A program made the translations under genes and the position numbers. A model generated the notes under the pieces. The model ran no database searches, was not told where the DNA came from, and saw only the letters and a program-made list of their open reading frames with translations. Shown here piece after piece: positions 13,862 through 26,769 of a DNA stretch of 64,000 nt (its first letter is position 1; each line of letters begins with the position of its first letter). Origin of the DNA: Octopus vulgaris (lineage: Eukaryota); the NCBI GenBank assembly GCA_951406725.2, contig OX597827.1, positions 51,398,001 through 51,462,000 on the forward strand, written 5' to 3'.

Positions 13862-14562
13862 TAGAAATTTGAAAACAACATGCTGTACTGCTTGGCATTC
13901 ACGCCAGAAGCTCCAATACGAATATTTCAGGGTGTTTGGATGTCAATCTGAGGGCATGTACCAGGAGTGATAAAATTCAAACATCCAATCAACTTCATGT
14001 GATGGTGATGTTATGCCTCCATTCATCTTCCTACATGGCCTCAGACTCAACACGGAGGGCTACATCAAGTGCCAGGAAGAGATAGTGCTGCCCTGATTCA
14101 CGAGGGTGGCTGCTGAAAGACAATATGTCTAGTAACAGGACTCTGCACAAAGCTACACAAGCAGGAGAACCCAGTCATGGCCGTCAGACAATTTTTGTGA
14201 CCACATCGCTCTTAACATCTGGCCACCTAACTCCCCAGACTGCAACCCCTTTGATTATTATGTGTAGGGCACAGTTGAGCGAGAGATCAACAAAACTCCT
14301 TGTAACACCAAAGATGAACCGAAGGTAAGGATTATGGCAGTATTCACCAACTTAAACAAGGAGACTGTCCAGAAGAGTTGCTGGAGATTCCAAAGTTGTC
14401 TGGGGGTCGTGGTTGAAGCCAATGGCAATGTTATTGAATAAATTTACTCTTAAGTATTTCAAGACATTTTAATGTAATTTTGGTAAATATATCTGTTAAA
14501 ATGAGATGTCAATGTTATTTTCATTTTTGCGTTATTTAGATGACAGTTTACTCACCGCACCC
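13862..14562 (+). mobile_element. Internally deleted Tc1/maT-like transposon
   Basis: HGLRLNTEGYIKC...QDSA...WPPNSPDCNPFDYYV catalytic motifs with stops. Confidence 0.8.
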
Positions 14563-14602
14563 AATACATATACACTCTTCTTAAACCCAAAAAGTTTTAC
14601 AA

Positions 14603-14706
14603 ACTCTAACACAAAGTTTCATGTTACCATTCATCAGACAGTTGTGATCATAGAGTATGATCACAACTGTCCAACAAATGGTAATGTGAAACTCTGAGTA
14701 ACAATT
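14603..14706. repeat. Palindrome of two inverted hammerhead-like units
   Basis: ~38-bp arms (14614-14651 / 14655-14692) differing mostly at CpG-decay positions; minus arm AACTGT-CTGATGA-ATG-GTAA-CAT-GAAAC. Confidence 0.65.
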
Positions 14707-14808
14707 CATGAAGATTTTTTTGGCTTTAATAAAAGCATATTACTCTGCCTTTGATATCTGAGTACTATTTTTTACCATTTTGATTTGAATTTATGTGCTT
14801 ACTTGAGG

Positions 14809-14841
<33 letters not shown>

Positions 14842-14919
14842 GAATTATCAGTTGTAATATAAATATACATATACAAATAGAGTTAGCGGTTGTAGTGATA
14901 TGTATATATAATACACACA

Positions 14920-14925
14920 CATATA

Positions 14926-14989
<64 letters not shown>
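14920..14989. repeat. (TA)n microsatellite
   Basis: Direct reading. Confidence 0.95.
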
Positions 14990-14992
<3 letters not shown>

Positions 14993-15023
14993 TAATGGTC
15001 ATTTTCCATAGCGTTTTTCAGAT

Positions 15024-15095
15024 GGCCAGATAACTGAAGAGATGGTGGTGTGGATTTCCACCTCGGCATCCGAAACTCGGAGTTTTATCTTGGCT
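15024..15095 (+). ncRNA. Minimal type I hammerhead ribozyme motif
   Basis: Stem I GGCCAGATAA/TTATCT(T)GGCT, CTGAAGA 15034-40, stem II GATG..CATC, GAAA 15072-75, stem III ACTC-G-GAGT, GUU site. Confidence 0.65.
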
Positions 15096-16387
15096 ACCGA
15101 ATAATTGTCACATATTACATTTACAGATATATATATATGTGTGTGTGTGTATATATATATATATAAGTACATGTGTATATACATGTACATCTCTCTAACA
15201 TTCCTATCATTTGCTCTTCATATCACACTTCTCTTATCATTCACCTTCTGTTAGGCATGCTGCTGTTATCCTGGCCCTCATCTCTCATGTTTCCATTGTT
15301 ATTATTTTCTCCTCTTCTCACATTTGTTGTACTTTGCTACCAACGTGATTAATAATTGGATCTTTTTGGTGCACTATCCATTAATTCCAGTGTAACTACA
15401 GATGTCACGAGACCTATCTAGCCCTCTCGCCAACACACCACTCTTTCATTCTTATAACTCTACCTTTCTCACCATTTGGAGGTATGTAGTTAAAAGATCT
15501 CATTAGATCTGCATCCACCCCTTGCTGTCAGTCACCTTCTCACCCTTTAGTGCTAGTTCCACAATAAAATGCTCTTAGTTTACAAACACTTACTCTGTGA
15601 AGTGTTTGTGGGGACTCTTTAGTTTTATTGAACACATAATCTCTCTAGTGTTGCTGTTAAGAAAAATGCACTTTGTACATTCTGTAAAGTGGTTGGCATT
15701 AGATAGGGTATCCAACCATAGAAACCAGGGCAAAAATGAAACGTACAAACAAGAAATGGCCTCTCAACACATTTAAAAGAGTAGAAATTACCTGTTCAAC
15801 TTAATCCATGGAAAGTGAATTTAAAATGTCAATGATGATGTATATATGTACATATGTGTAGGTATGTGAATGAGTGTGTATATGTATGTAAAAGAGTATT
15901 ACACATACAGACACACACATAAACATACATACATGCATATATATGTGTGTGTTTGTTCCTTCCTCCAATTTAACATCCTTTTTCCAGTGCTAGTATGGGT
16001 TTGGCCAGGAATACATTTAAGGCAGGATTATTTTATAACCAGATACTCATCCTGTTTGTCAAACCTTGCCTGCTTTTCAAGTGAGGGCCTTCTTTTATTC
16101 CACAGATCTTTGAACATTCAGATTGATGGTTATAATGTCAAAAGGTAAACATCATTCGCTGTGTTCCTCAAACAAAACTGAGGAATGTGAACATGCACAC
16201 ACACAACGAATATGAATATGAGTATATTAAATAACTCAGAAGTTTAAATTCTTGATTTACTGAAATTATCCCTACTTTCAGAGAAGGGAAAATAATCATT
16301 TGGTAACAACTTAGACCAACTCCCAATGATAAAGGGAGATAATCTCAATCTCAAGAATCCAGAATTTTCTAATACTGATATTCTCTT

Positions 16388-16785
16388 TCTCTTTTACTTG
16401 TTTCAGTCATTTGACTGCGGCCATGCTGGAGCACCGCCTTAAATCGAGCAACTCGACCCCAGGACTTATTCTTTTGTAAGCCCAGTACTTATTCTATCGG
16501 TCTCTTTTGCCGAACCACTAAGTAACGGGGTCATAAACACACCAGCATCGGTTGTCAAGCAATGCTAGGGGGACAAACACAGACACACATGCATATATAT
16601 ATATATATATATACATATATACGACGGGCTTCTTTTCAGTTTCCGTCTACCAAATCCACTCACAAGGCTTTAGTCGGCCCGAGGCTATAGTAGAAGACAC
16701 TTGCCCAAGGTGCCACGCAGTGGGACTGAACCCGGAACCATGTGGTTGGTAAGCAATCTACTTACCACACAGCCACTCCTGTGCC
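16388..16785 (-). mobile_element. tRNA-derived SINE, family A (young, full length)
   Basis: Near-identical to the copies at 31105, 31921 and 42658; CpGs retained; internal (TA)n. Confidence 0.9.
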
Positions 16786-17234
16786 TATCATCATCATTTA
16801 ACATCCGTGTTCCATGCTAGGATGGGTGGCACAGTTCCTTTAAGAAATAAATCTGGAACCAAGAAGACAGTTGTGGAAATGTTTCTACTTCAATAGGGAT
16901 CATCAATATGGCAGATGCTCTTTTTTATCTCTACTTATTTCCAGGAGAATGAGAGAGACTCTTAGACATATACAAAAAAGAGAAGAGAGCTACGTCCTGG
17001 CTAATTTGCATAAATGAAATAAAAATGAGCTAAGAGAACTCTGAACATGGATATAATTAAAAGAAATCAAGACATTATCTTGCATGCTACTTGCCTTTGT
17101 TCTTCAAATTCATGCCACTGGCCCTGAGTTACTTTCTTTTTTTTTGCATCATTTTCGCTTAATTCATGCAAATTACCTAAACCATAAATCTGTTTTTATT
17201 CTTTTTTGCATGTGTCTAAGTGTTACGTTCTATT

Positions 17235-18112
17235 GGACATAATGTAGGACAATGTATATAGGTGTAGTATGCTCTGCTGAATGAATAATATCAGTGTGCA
17301 TATATAACAGAGTGTAGGTGATTTGAGAGAAAAACTGCTTATACAAAGCATCAGATGTAGCATGCAAGAAAGAAGACTGTGCTGGTATGGTATTATAATG
17401 CATATAAGGTGGTGAGCTGGCAGAAATGTTAGCGCGCTGGGAGAAATGCCTGCTGCTACGTTCTGAGTTCAAATTCCACCGAGGTCGACTTTGCCTTTCA
17501 TCCTTTCGGGGTCAATTAAATAAGTACCAGTTACGCACTGAGGTTGATATAATCGACTTAATCCATTTGTCTGTCCTTGTTTGTCCCATCTGTGTTTAGC
17601 CCCTTGTGGGTAGTAAAGAAATAGGTATTATAATGCATATAGATGAGGATAGCTGCACCAAGAAGTGCCAATCTCTAATTATGGTGGGAACATGTGGAAG
17701 AGGTAGACCCAGGAAGATGTAGGACAAAGTGGTAAGAAAGGATCTTCAGATGTTAGGACTCACAGAGGGGGTGGTAAAGGACTGAAAGATCTGGTGGTTT
17801 GCTGTACTTGAGAAGACACGTCAAGCTAAGTAAAATTGTGGTTGTCCTTGCATATAGGCTTGTTCTCCACATGCCTCTTTAGTTGAGTGATCCTAATCTT
17901 GCAGGCTTGTGAGTGCTGGTGTCATGTTAAAAGTACCTATGCTGGTGTTGTGTAAAAGCACTCAGTATCCTTTCTAAAGTGGTTGGCTTTAGGAAAGATG
18001 TCCAGTCATAGAAACCATACCAAAACAGATTTGGTGCCTGGGCAGCTCTCCAGCTTCTGTCAAACTGTCCAACCCACGCCAGCATGGAAAACATGTTAAA
18101 TGATGATGATGA
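17235..18112 (+). mobile_element. RTE LINE 3' end, interrupted by a SINE-B
   Basis: GGAAGAGGTAGACCCAGGAAGA (GRGRPRK) and CCAGCATGGAAAA..GTTAAATGATGATGATGA tail. Confidence 0.75.
17408..17628 (+). mobile_element. SINE family B monomer with target-site duplication
   Basis: Flanked on both sides by GTATTATAATGCATATA. Confidence 0.9.
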
Positions 18113-18872
18113 GGAGGAGGTCAGGTCAAAGGTTTAATAACCAAAGGTCTACTACTGGCACGTCTTTGTACCAGATCTACCAGTATAACCTGCAACTAAA
18201 CTATTGGCAACTTATCTTGCAATCCCATCCTTTAGCAAAAAGTGTGAATTTGGATCACTCTGCAGGGTGCAAGACAAAACGTGTCAAAGTGTAGATGAAC
18301 TCTGTTGAATGAAGTGGTATTCTATAGTGCGCATGTGGGTGGGAGAACATGTATGAGTATGTGCATGTATTTTTGTATGAATGTATGTATGTACATGTGA
18401 ATGCAAATGCAAATGTAGTTTTCTCTCTTCATGCACCTGAAAGAGTTTATGTGTTGCATGAATCTTCTTTTGAAATAATTGGCTTTTAGGTCAATATAAT
18501 TTTTAATTCAATTTATGAAACTTAATACGTGAACAACAAAAATATTTTGTATACATGTATACGCATTTCATATATATATATATATATATATTGTGCACAT
18601 AGTTTATAAATGTTACAGTGGTAGATTTAGCCATGAAGATAACCGTTTTTAATAATGTCATTTCGTCATTTTCTGTAGTCTGGGTGTTGTCTGACACAAA
18701 TAAAATATATTTATAACCAAAATTTAAAGGATTTTTTTTCTATGAAAGAAATAAAGGGATGAAGAACTGAAAATATTTTTTTAAAAATATGTAAGCAACT
18801 ACCACATCCATTTACATGAGCCAATTTACAGAAATAAAGAGTTGTTAAACTGAGAATGACTTTAGCTAAGAG

Positions 18873-20345
18873 TTAGGTTTTATTAATTAGACACTGGGTG
18901 GTAGCTGGGTACATCTGTATGTTTGGGAAAATCTGAGCTGTAGTTGGAGAAATTTCAATGGTAGTAGGGAAAACAGGTATCACAGGGTATATTTGGTGGG
19001 AGGCATCATTTGATTGAGCTGCCGAAGTAGTCTGATACATAGTTACTGTTTTAGTTTCATCATTGGGATCCATCGTAGCGTGGGTTATGACCATATTGGT
19101 GCCATCACTTTCAATCAAACCAGATGGATCTGCTGAAATCACAACTGCTACCTGTTGACAGTTTCCGTCAGGTGTGATAATATCGTCCTTCAGATCAACA
19201 AGTTGCTTGGGAGGAACACAGCTCAGCTTACGTTCTCCTTGATTATTTTTCTTATGTTTTAATAAGTGGTCTTTCCGTGAGAAAGCAAAACCACACCTGT
19301 CACAGACAAACGGTTTCTCACCTGTATGGATGCGATGATGAACTCTGAGATAAGACTTGCGTGAAAAACTCTTTTGACATATATCACAGCTGTAGAGTTT
19401 CTCATTGAAATGGGTTGACTTATGACGCTCCAGATTATCTCGTCGAGAAAAGTTCTTTGAACATATATCACACTGATAAGGCACAACTGTTTTCACACTA
19501 GTGTTTGCAACAGTATTGGTAGATTGATACACTTCTGTCTGTTGAGTTGACTCACTAGAAATTTGGTCTTGATCTGAAGACACACATTGGTTGGGGTGAA
19601 TAATACTGCAGGGATGAAAAGTAGCTTTATCATCCACACTAGTAACAGTAGTTAATAACTGTCCTTCTGAATTAGTGATAATGCTATTATTATTATTGTT
19701 GCTTGTAATGTCGGTGCTTTTAAATACTTGTTGGATTTCAGCTATTTCAAGTTCACTTGTTGATTGTACACTAACAATTTGCACCTGTCTCACAGACGAT
19801 GGCAGTTGTTGCTGAACTGTAGGTTCCACAATACTGGTATCTGTATTGATTTGGTTTTGATTAGCATCAGTGATTTCTAAAGTTCTAAGAGTAACTGCTG
19901 CTGGAGTAGAAATTAGTTTTGACTCACCATGTTGCTTGCTACAATGTCGAAAAAGATGGTCTCCACGGTAGAAGGCACACCCACATACATGACATTTATA
20001 TGGACGAGTATTGGTGTGGATACGTTGGTGAACAGTTAAGTAAGACCTATGAGCATAGGATTTGTGACAGATCTGGCAGTTGAACATTTTAATTCCTTGA
20101 TGTCCTCTGATGTGAATCACTAAATGATCATTGCGAGAGAAAGCACGGCCACACAGATTACACCCAAAAGGTTTTTCTCCTGTATGAAGACGGCGATGCA
20201 ACTTCAGATAGGATTTCTGACTAAAATCTCTGCCGCATGTTTCACATTTGAAGACTTCACGGCGCAGATGACGAATGCGATGTCTCTCCATGTTGTCTCG
20301 GCGAGAGAACATCTTTCCACAAAGGTCACAGGTAGGCTTCTTCAT
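18873..20345 (-). CDS. C2H2 zinc-finger protein, 490 aa (5 + 3 fingers separated by an S/T/Q-rich spacer)
   Basis: Intact ORF with CxxC..HxxxH units and HTGEKPF linkers; in-frame TAA 9 nt upstream of ATG; acceptor TTTATTTCTCTAG at 20391 opens the exon 45 nt before ATG. Confidence 0.95.
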   Translation of the reverse strand: MKKPTCDLCGKMFSRRDNMERHRIRHLRREVFKCETCGRDFSQKSYLKLHRRLHTGEKPFGCNLCGRAFSRNDHLVIHIRGHQGIKMFNCQICHKSYAHRSYLTVHQRIHTNTRPYKCHVCGCAFYRGDHLFRHCSKQHGESKLISTPAAVTLRTLEITDANQNQINTDTSIVEPTVQQQLPSSVRQVQIVSVQSTSELEIAEIQQVFKSTDITSNNNNNSIITNSEGQLLTTVTSVDDKATFHPCSIIHPNQCVSSDQDQISSESTQQTEVYQSTNTVANTSVKTVVPYQCDICSKNFSRRDNLERHKSTHFNEKLYSCDICQKSFSRKSYLRVHHRIHTGEKPFVCDRCGFAFSRKDHLLKHKKNNQGERKLSCVPPKQLVDLKDDIITPDGNCQQVAVVISADPSGLIESDGTNMVITHATMDPNDETKTVTMYQTTSAAQSNDASHQIYPVIPVFPTTIEISPTTAQIFPNIQMYPATTQCLINKT

Positions 20346-21056
20346 TTTGTGTTATGAGGTGCCCAGATATATAAAGTAATTCTTATGAACCTAGAGAAAT
20401 AAAATAGACAAGAATTATGCAACACAACTTTAAAATACTGAACTGAATCTTTTATCTTTAAAATTTAGAAGCTTAATAAAGGTATATACTCAATTCATAT
20501 CTTTGAAAATACTCTTTAATCAAACTTAATACAAATGGTAAAGGGGAAAATAGTTGAATTTTTGAAAATAGATATACTGTGGATTTGGGTCTATTTTTAG
20601 TAGATTTTACTGAAAAATTCATATGGTATATTGGGAATAAATGCAATGCATTTCTTTTCATTCAAACAATAAAATAAAATCTAATGTTTATAATGGATAC
20701 GCTAGTAAAATATTTGTAGAAATTTCTTACATGTATAATGAGTATAATTCAAAGTTTTTTGCAATTTAATAACAGAGAAAATATAGTTTGGCTTGAGGTA
20801 AGAGGTTATTCTTATGGCCTTTTTATGCTAAGACCAAAGAGGTTAACACAATTAATGTTCCTCTGGAATAATAGCTGCAAGATAATGCCTGTAGGAAGAA
20901 TTATAAACCAAGAGAGGGGAAGAAGGAAATTTAGAGAACTGAAATTTATAAAATAATTTTAATATATTTCCAAACTCAGAAATTTATAAACAAATATTAG
21001 CCTAAGCACTTCAACAACTTAATTACATGCTTTTTCTGTGGCATATATAGGTTTAA

Positions 21057-21276
21057 CCCTTTCGTTACTAACCCGGCTGAAACCGGCTCTGGTTCTGAGT
21101 ACAAATGTCTTGTTTTCATCACTTTTGAATTAAAATCTTCCACCAAACCTTAGTCACAATTTATGTTCTTAACACTTACTTAATGATAACTAAGTTATTT
21201 TATTAAATTCTTTGTTATATTTAAAGTAATTGAAAGAAATGCAGAGCATCTCGAAATAAATACAGTAATGAAAGGG
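21057..21276. mobile_element. piggyBac-type MITE
   Basis: TTAA on both sides; TIRs CCCTTTCGTTAC / GTAATGAAAGGG. Confidence 0.85.
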
Positions 21277-23099
21277 TTAAACACATGACAGCTACTGGTA
21301 ATTATATATTATATATATAATATAATTATATACCAGCTACTGGTATATTATATATCAATTTATTTTTAGTTAACTACTTTTTGATTAACTTGAAAGAAAG
21401 GATGTCACAGAATTTCTTGTAAAGAAAATCAAATTAACTTATATATTTACCACACAGTGATTAACATATTAAATCAAATAATCTATAAATCAACAATATG
21501 ATGGTTTGCTTGGTAGTCAGACTGAAATTATAGTGGTGTTGTAGCCATAAACATCAAATAATACTTTTCTGATCAAAAACACCTCTTTCTATCAATAATT
21601 GCTTTCTATCAATAATACTCTATGATCTCAAAGAAATTAACACTCTCAGTTAATTTACAAAGCGTATCTTCTAAATAAATTCTTGGGTCCAAATATTGCT
21701 GAAACCTTTTAAGTACAACTGAATTTGCTTACAATAGTATCTATATCCTGTAGGCTAAAACTGCAACCATCCTAAATTGATTAAAATCAGTTGAATTCGT
21801 TACTGAGATCTTCATATTTCTGTCTGGATTAAGAAAAGAATACAACAAAATACTAACCTTTAAAACAATTCACTTCTTAAACTCTCAACTTCCTATTCCA
21901 GGAAAATCTGAAAAAAAATTCTAAATTCTGATATTGAAGAAATATTTTATTCATGATATGATCATAGAAAATCTTGAAGATCAAATATGATGGTAATGCA
22001 AGAGAAAAACAATAAGAATCTAAGAATTTTATGGAAATTTTGCAATAGATAAGATTTTATTTTCAACCAAGGAAATCACTTTGTGGTTGTTCCAGCTACT
22101 GAAAATATCTCCATCATATCATTCTCTACTGTCTTTAAAAAAAAAAAGAAAACCAATGTTGTTTACTTCAGACTAAAAAACAACTTATTTAAATGTTTGA
22201 ATATGAAATAATAGCTGACTTGAATTAAAATAGTTAAAAAAAATGTTTATATCATGAACATTTGAAGAAGCTCTACTTGTAAAAGAGACAACTGCAATGT
22301 TTAGTTAATAAAAATTACGATTGGCTCCCTTGAATTGCTGATTCTTTCCAAGATGACAAATAAATTCAGCCTATGTATCTTCTATTCGCTAATCAAAGCT
22401 TTCTTTAACTTCTTCCATTACTGAAAACAACCAAAGCAATTTATACTCGGCAGACAATACTGTATTTATATACTAACATTGTTAACTTCTTTTTTTAATT
22501 ATTATTTAGATGCTATTGCCTAAATCTTGATGCAGCTGACCTATGATTAAAGATTGCCCCTTAAGTTAATATCCAGCCTCCTTTCAGTCATAGTACTAAC
22601 AGGAATACATCATCCAATTTGTAGCTTTTCTATTTATTTTAATGAATGATTGGAAGGATATTCAACTACTATTTTAAACAGGTTAGTAACTATAGATAGA
22701 CTCCTTTGTTGATTTATTTTATACCTAAGTTTTTTCAAGTTAGGAATGTCAATAACAAGTTCAACTCTATCCTTGGTGCTATATATCTCAACTCAATGTA
22801 GTAAACTATTATTGATCTAATCTCCTTATCAATATAGCATACAAGGAGTAAAGTTCACAGTTTTATGAAACAGAAGGACTGTAAATTGATAAGTGCTCAT
22901 TAGCTTGCAATATTGAGTTCAAATCCATTCATTTCCATCAAGTTGTGACCATGTAGATGTTCTCTTGTTGGTTCAGTAGTACCCTAATAATTGTTAGAGT
23001 AGTAACAGTGAATTTTTAGGCAGCTGAAACATGTGGCTGGTTCTAAATTGGTAATAATCAGCTGAACAAACAATAATTCATCCCTCTAACATGTCCAAT

Positions 23100-24320
23100 A
23101 TTGACTGAAAAGTTCATAGGCTAACCAAGGTACTCGCATGAAATGTGACCAAATGAGGTTTATTTTTCAAGATGGTCCTTCTTGTCTACACACTTCTTCC
23201 ATGGGTGTTGCAGTGCTTGGATCCCACTGGTGAAGAAGCTTTCATCCTGTTGAACAAAAAGCCATCAACAACAAATATGATGTCATCATCACTGTGATAT
23301 TGGTTCCTAGCCAAGAGTTTTTTTTCATGTTGGGGACTGTCAGATGGGGCCAAATCAAGAGAATAGGGAGGGTGATCAACCAGTTTAATGCCAATCACAT
23401 ACAACAATGATTTAAACCTAGAACATCGTCCTGATGAAACATAATGCCTTTTGTCAGTTTCCCTGTTTTTTTTTTGTCTTGTTAGCCTTCTATAACTGCC
23501 TTGGCAAGATGGCAATTTCCATTGAAGGTATGAACCTTTTGAAGATAGTCAATAAACATAATGCCTTTTGCATCCCAAAAACTGAGGCCATAACCTTCCC
23601 TGATGATAAAACAACCTTAGGCTCCTTTGGAATAGGTGAGGAAGGCTGTTTTCACTGCATGGATTGTCTCTGGCTCAAGGTGATGAACCCAAAACTCATC
23701 CTGGGTGAGGAAACATTCAAAGAAACCAGCTTGACCTGCCTCAAACAATGTCAAATTCTCCCATGATGTGATCAGCCTAGTACACGTTTGATCAGGTGTC
23801 AGAAGACATGACACCCATTGTGCAGAATATTCTCAACTCTTTCACAGAATGTGCTAGAAGCATTGACTATTAAATTTATAATCAATCGTCTGTAATCCAT
23901 CACCATGTGGTGAACACAATCAATGTTTTCCTTTGTGATGGCAGATGCAGGACCTCCAGACTTCGGATCATCTTCAAGTCTCTCCTTACCACTCCTAAAT
24001 TCAGCTGCCCACTTTTGCACTGTTGATAAAGCTGGAGCATCATTGCTTTATATACTACCCGTATCAGCATGAATGTCCTTAGGGGTTAAACACTTTTCTG
24101 CATATACTCGATAACATGACAATGCCATATTTTGTTCATTTTCAAAAGAAGTCACTACTAGTTACTTTTGAAATCTTCTTTGAACAGTCAGATATCAGTC
24201 TTCCTAGAAAGAAACAATGCAGTTATTAATAAGAAGCGTTGAAATGAATGCATACAAGATTTCACAACTCTGGTATCACTCCTTCATACTCAACCTACGA
24301 ACTTTTCTCCGCACTTTAGT
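23100..24320 (-). mobile_element. Decayed mariner (DD34D-type) transposon
   Basis: QKWAAEFRSGKERLEDDPKSG, LTQDEFWVHHLEPE, HPPYSLDLAPSD; TIR remnants GAAAAGTTCATAGGCT / AACCTACGAACTTTTC. Confidence 0.9.
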
Positions 24321-24526
24321 ATACGATGACACTACCAAACAAAATACTCTAATTAATTTGTAAAGTCAGAAATCCGAGTTCAGATCTTGTCACCTTCGTC
24401 TTTCCCCAATTTAATAAACTATGACATAAAATAAAATTCTTAAGAGTACAAATTTATCAATGTTTCCTAGAAATACGACATCTACAGAACTGTGTTTACA
24501 TTAAAGAATAATACATTAAATTCCTG

Positions 24527-24943
24527 GGATCTTTTCGGTTTGAACGGCAGTTTTTAATATAATTTCTAGGTAACTAAAAAATTTTAAACTTCGTATACTG
24601 GTAGAATGTGTTTATAAAACATCTTTTTCTCTTGGCTTTATTAAGAAAATTCTATAATTTGTAAGATATTTGTTGTTGTTTGTTCTTCAATTTCTGCAAT
24701 TTTAACCAATCAATGACGTCCATTGAGGTAAAAACATTCTGTGCCGTATGAATATGTCCCTCGTTTAAGAAACAGATTGGGTTTATTTACATTTGTGAAG
24801 AAAAAAAGATACCCTTCCCCCACCCCTAATCCTAACCCTAAAACAGATTGAAATGCAATAGATCGATACTAGGGTCATAATTATGGGTGACAACTGCATA
24901 TGACACCGCTAGAAAAAAACTGACGTTCAAACCGAAAAGATCC
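24527..24943. mobile_element. MITE with ~29-bp TIRs and perfect 8-bp TSD (Merlin-like)
   Basis: GGATCTTTTCGGTTTGAACG(G/T)CAGTTTTT at both ends; AATTCCTG at 24519-26 and 24944-51. Confidence 0.9.
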
Positions 24944-26642
24944 AATTCCTGTAGGGTATAGAGAGAAACTCCCATTCAATAAAGAATTTATAAAATTCTT
25001 TAATGCATTTTTATATTTTACGCTCACTCTTTCCGAACTCGTGGGTAAAGGTTACGCTACAGCCATATATTTGTGATAATTATTGAAACACGCTTTAAAA
25101 CTGTTCTTATCCTAACGAAATTTGTTTAACTGAAAATAGGAATGGCAAAACCATGGTAGTTAGAGCAATTGTCTTACCTAATGTCACGAGAGAACACAAG
25201 AGATGTCTTTATGAGCTAATTCAAATGCAGGTAGATAATGATCTTTGTAGAATGGATCACAAGAAATTTTCAGGTTTAAGTAATATTTTCTACTAGATTA
25301 AAACATGGAAATATATCAGCTGAATTGATTTCTATAACAGGATTACTTGTATCGAATGCAGGTAAAACTCATTCTGCGACAAGTTTTTTAAAAAGGGGGT
25401 TGGTGTACCTACAGGTAGTTTGTTTACATCGACAACCACACTAACGACACGGCAAAATTCCAAAGCTATATGCCCTTCTAAAACCTCTACAGAATTCGTA
25501 ATTATTTTTAAATGTTTCATAGTAAACAAATATGCAATTTCTCTAGATGCTAGGGAATTTAAGGGGAACTAAGTACACATATGAAAAGCACAAACTTTAA
25601 TAAAGAATAAAATATTACTGTATGACGTGTTAAGTCCGAAGTAACAACCGGAGTTATCTTAGTTGTTTAAAAGAATATATATAAATTCCGAAAGTTATTG
25701 GTTTATTTTTATCTTTATAACTAATCCAAAGGAGATCCATAGCCATTTGAAGTTTGGAAAAGGGATAGTTTTATTAGTATTATTATTGGGTCTGGGAATC
25801 CTTATAAAAAGAACTTTAGCGTTTCTTGATAGATGCATTATCAGTGCAACAAGTTAAAGGGCAAAAGTAAATAAACCTCCAAACACAAAATACAATGGGA
25901 CCACATTCGAATCTCTAGTGATAGGAATGGAACGACCAAAGTATTAGAAAAAACATATATATGTTACTTTCGTCACACAATGTATAAATATATAAAAATA
26001 AAGTTTGTGGAATTTTATTTCGAACACTGTAGTTCACAAATGTTTCTTAATGTTGAACCGATTGTGTAATGAAAAAACACAAAAGTCTTGTTTAATAAAA
26101 TTTTTATTTAAATAACACTCTGTGAACATGAATTAGAATGTTTGTTGTTCTTATATTTTAATCCTTACGTCGAAAGTTTAAATTTTTTTAAAGCATTACC
26201 TACAGGTGTTTCTGCGCAGAAAGTTGACAATGTAAAGCAATAAAGATATGTACGCATGTACTTATAAATCCAGGAAAAATAAGTCACCAATATATGACTG
26301 ATTTAATGGGTTTTTTTTTTTACTTTGTTTTACTTGAGATTGAATAAACATGAAATTTTGTAACATAAGTATGACGTTTATATCAACTGTGTTGTTATTG
26401 TGTAACAAGTCAGATACGCCAGTTAACAAGCAACTTGAAATATCGTTTAATTATCTTAACTATTACTGATGCTATTTAAATAAAATGTGACATATTTTTC
26501 CCGTGAATTTTCCTGTGATTTTATTTCTGTCTATCGTATTTAGATCCTTTGCTCTTTTTAGCATCCAGACTGGAACAGCTGAGGAAACGAATCAAGATCG
26601 GACCAATTTGTGTGCAATATACAAATAATCTGCAATATAGCC

Positions 26643-26695
26643 GATAAGCGAGTACGTGATAAGCAAGTACGTGATAAGCGAGTACGGTGATAAGC
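26643..26695. repeat. 15-bp tandem repeat x3.5 (GATAAGCGAGTACGT)
   Basis: GATAAG at 26643, 26658, 26673 and 26689. Confidence 0.9.
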
Positions 26696-26769
26696 TGTAA
26701 TTAACTAAAACCGATATTAGCGAAAGACTAATTGAAAGTTATTATCTCATTAAAGGGTCGGAAATTAGA

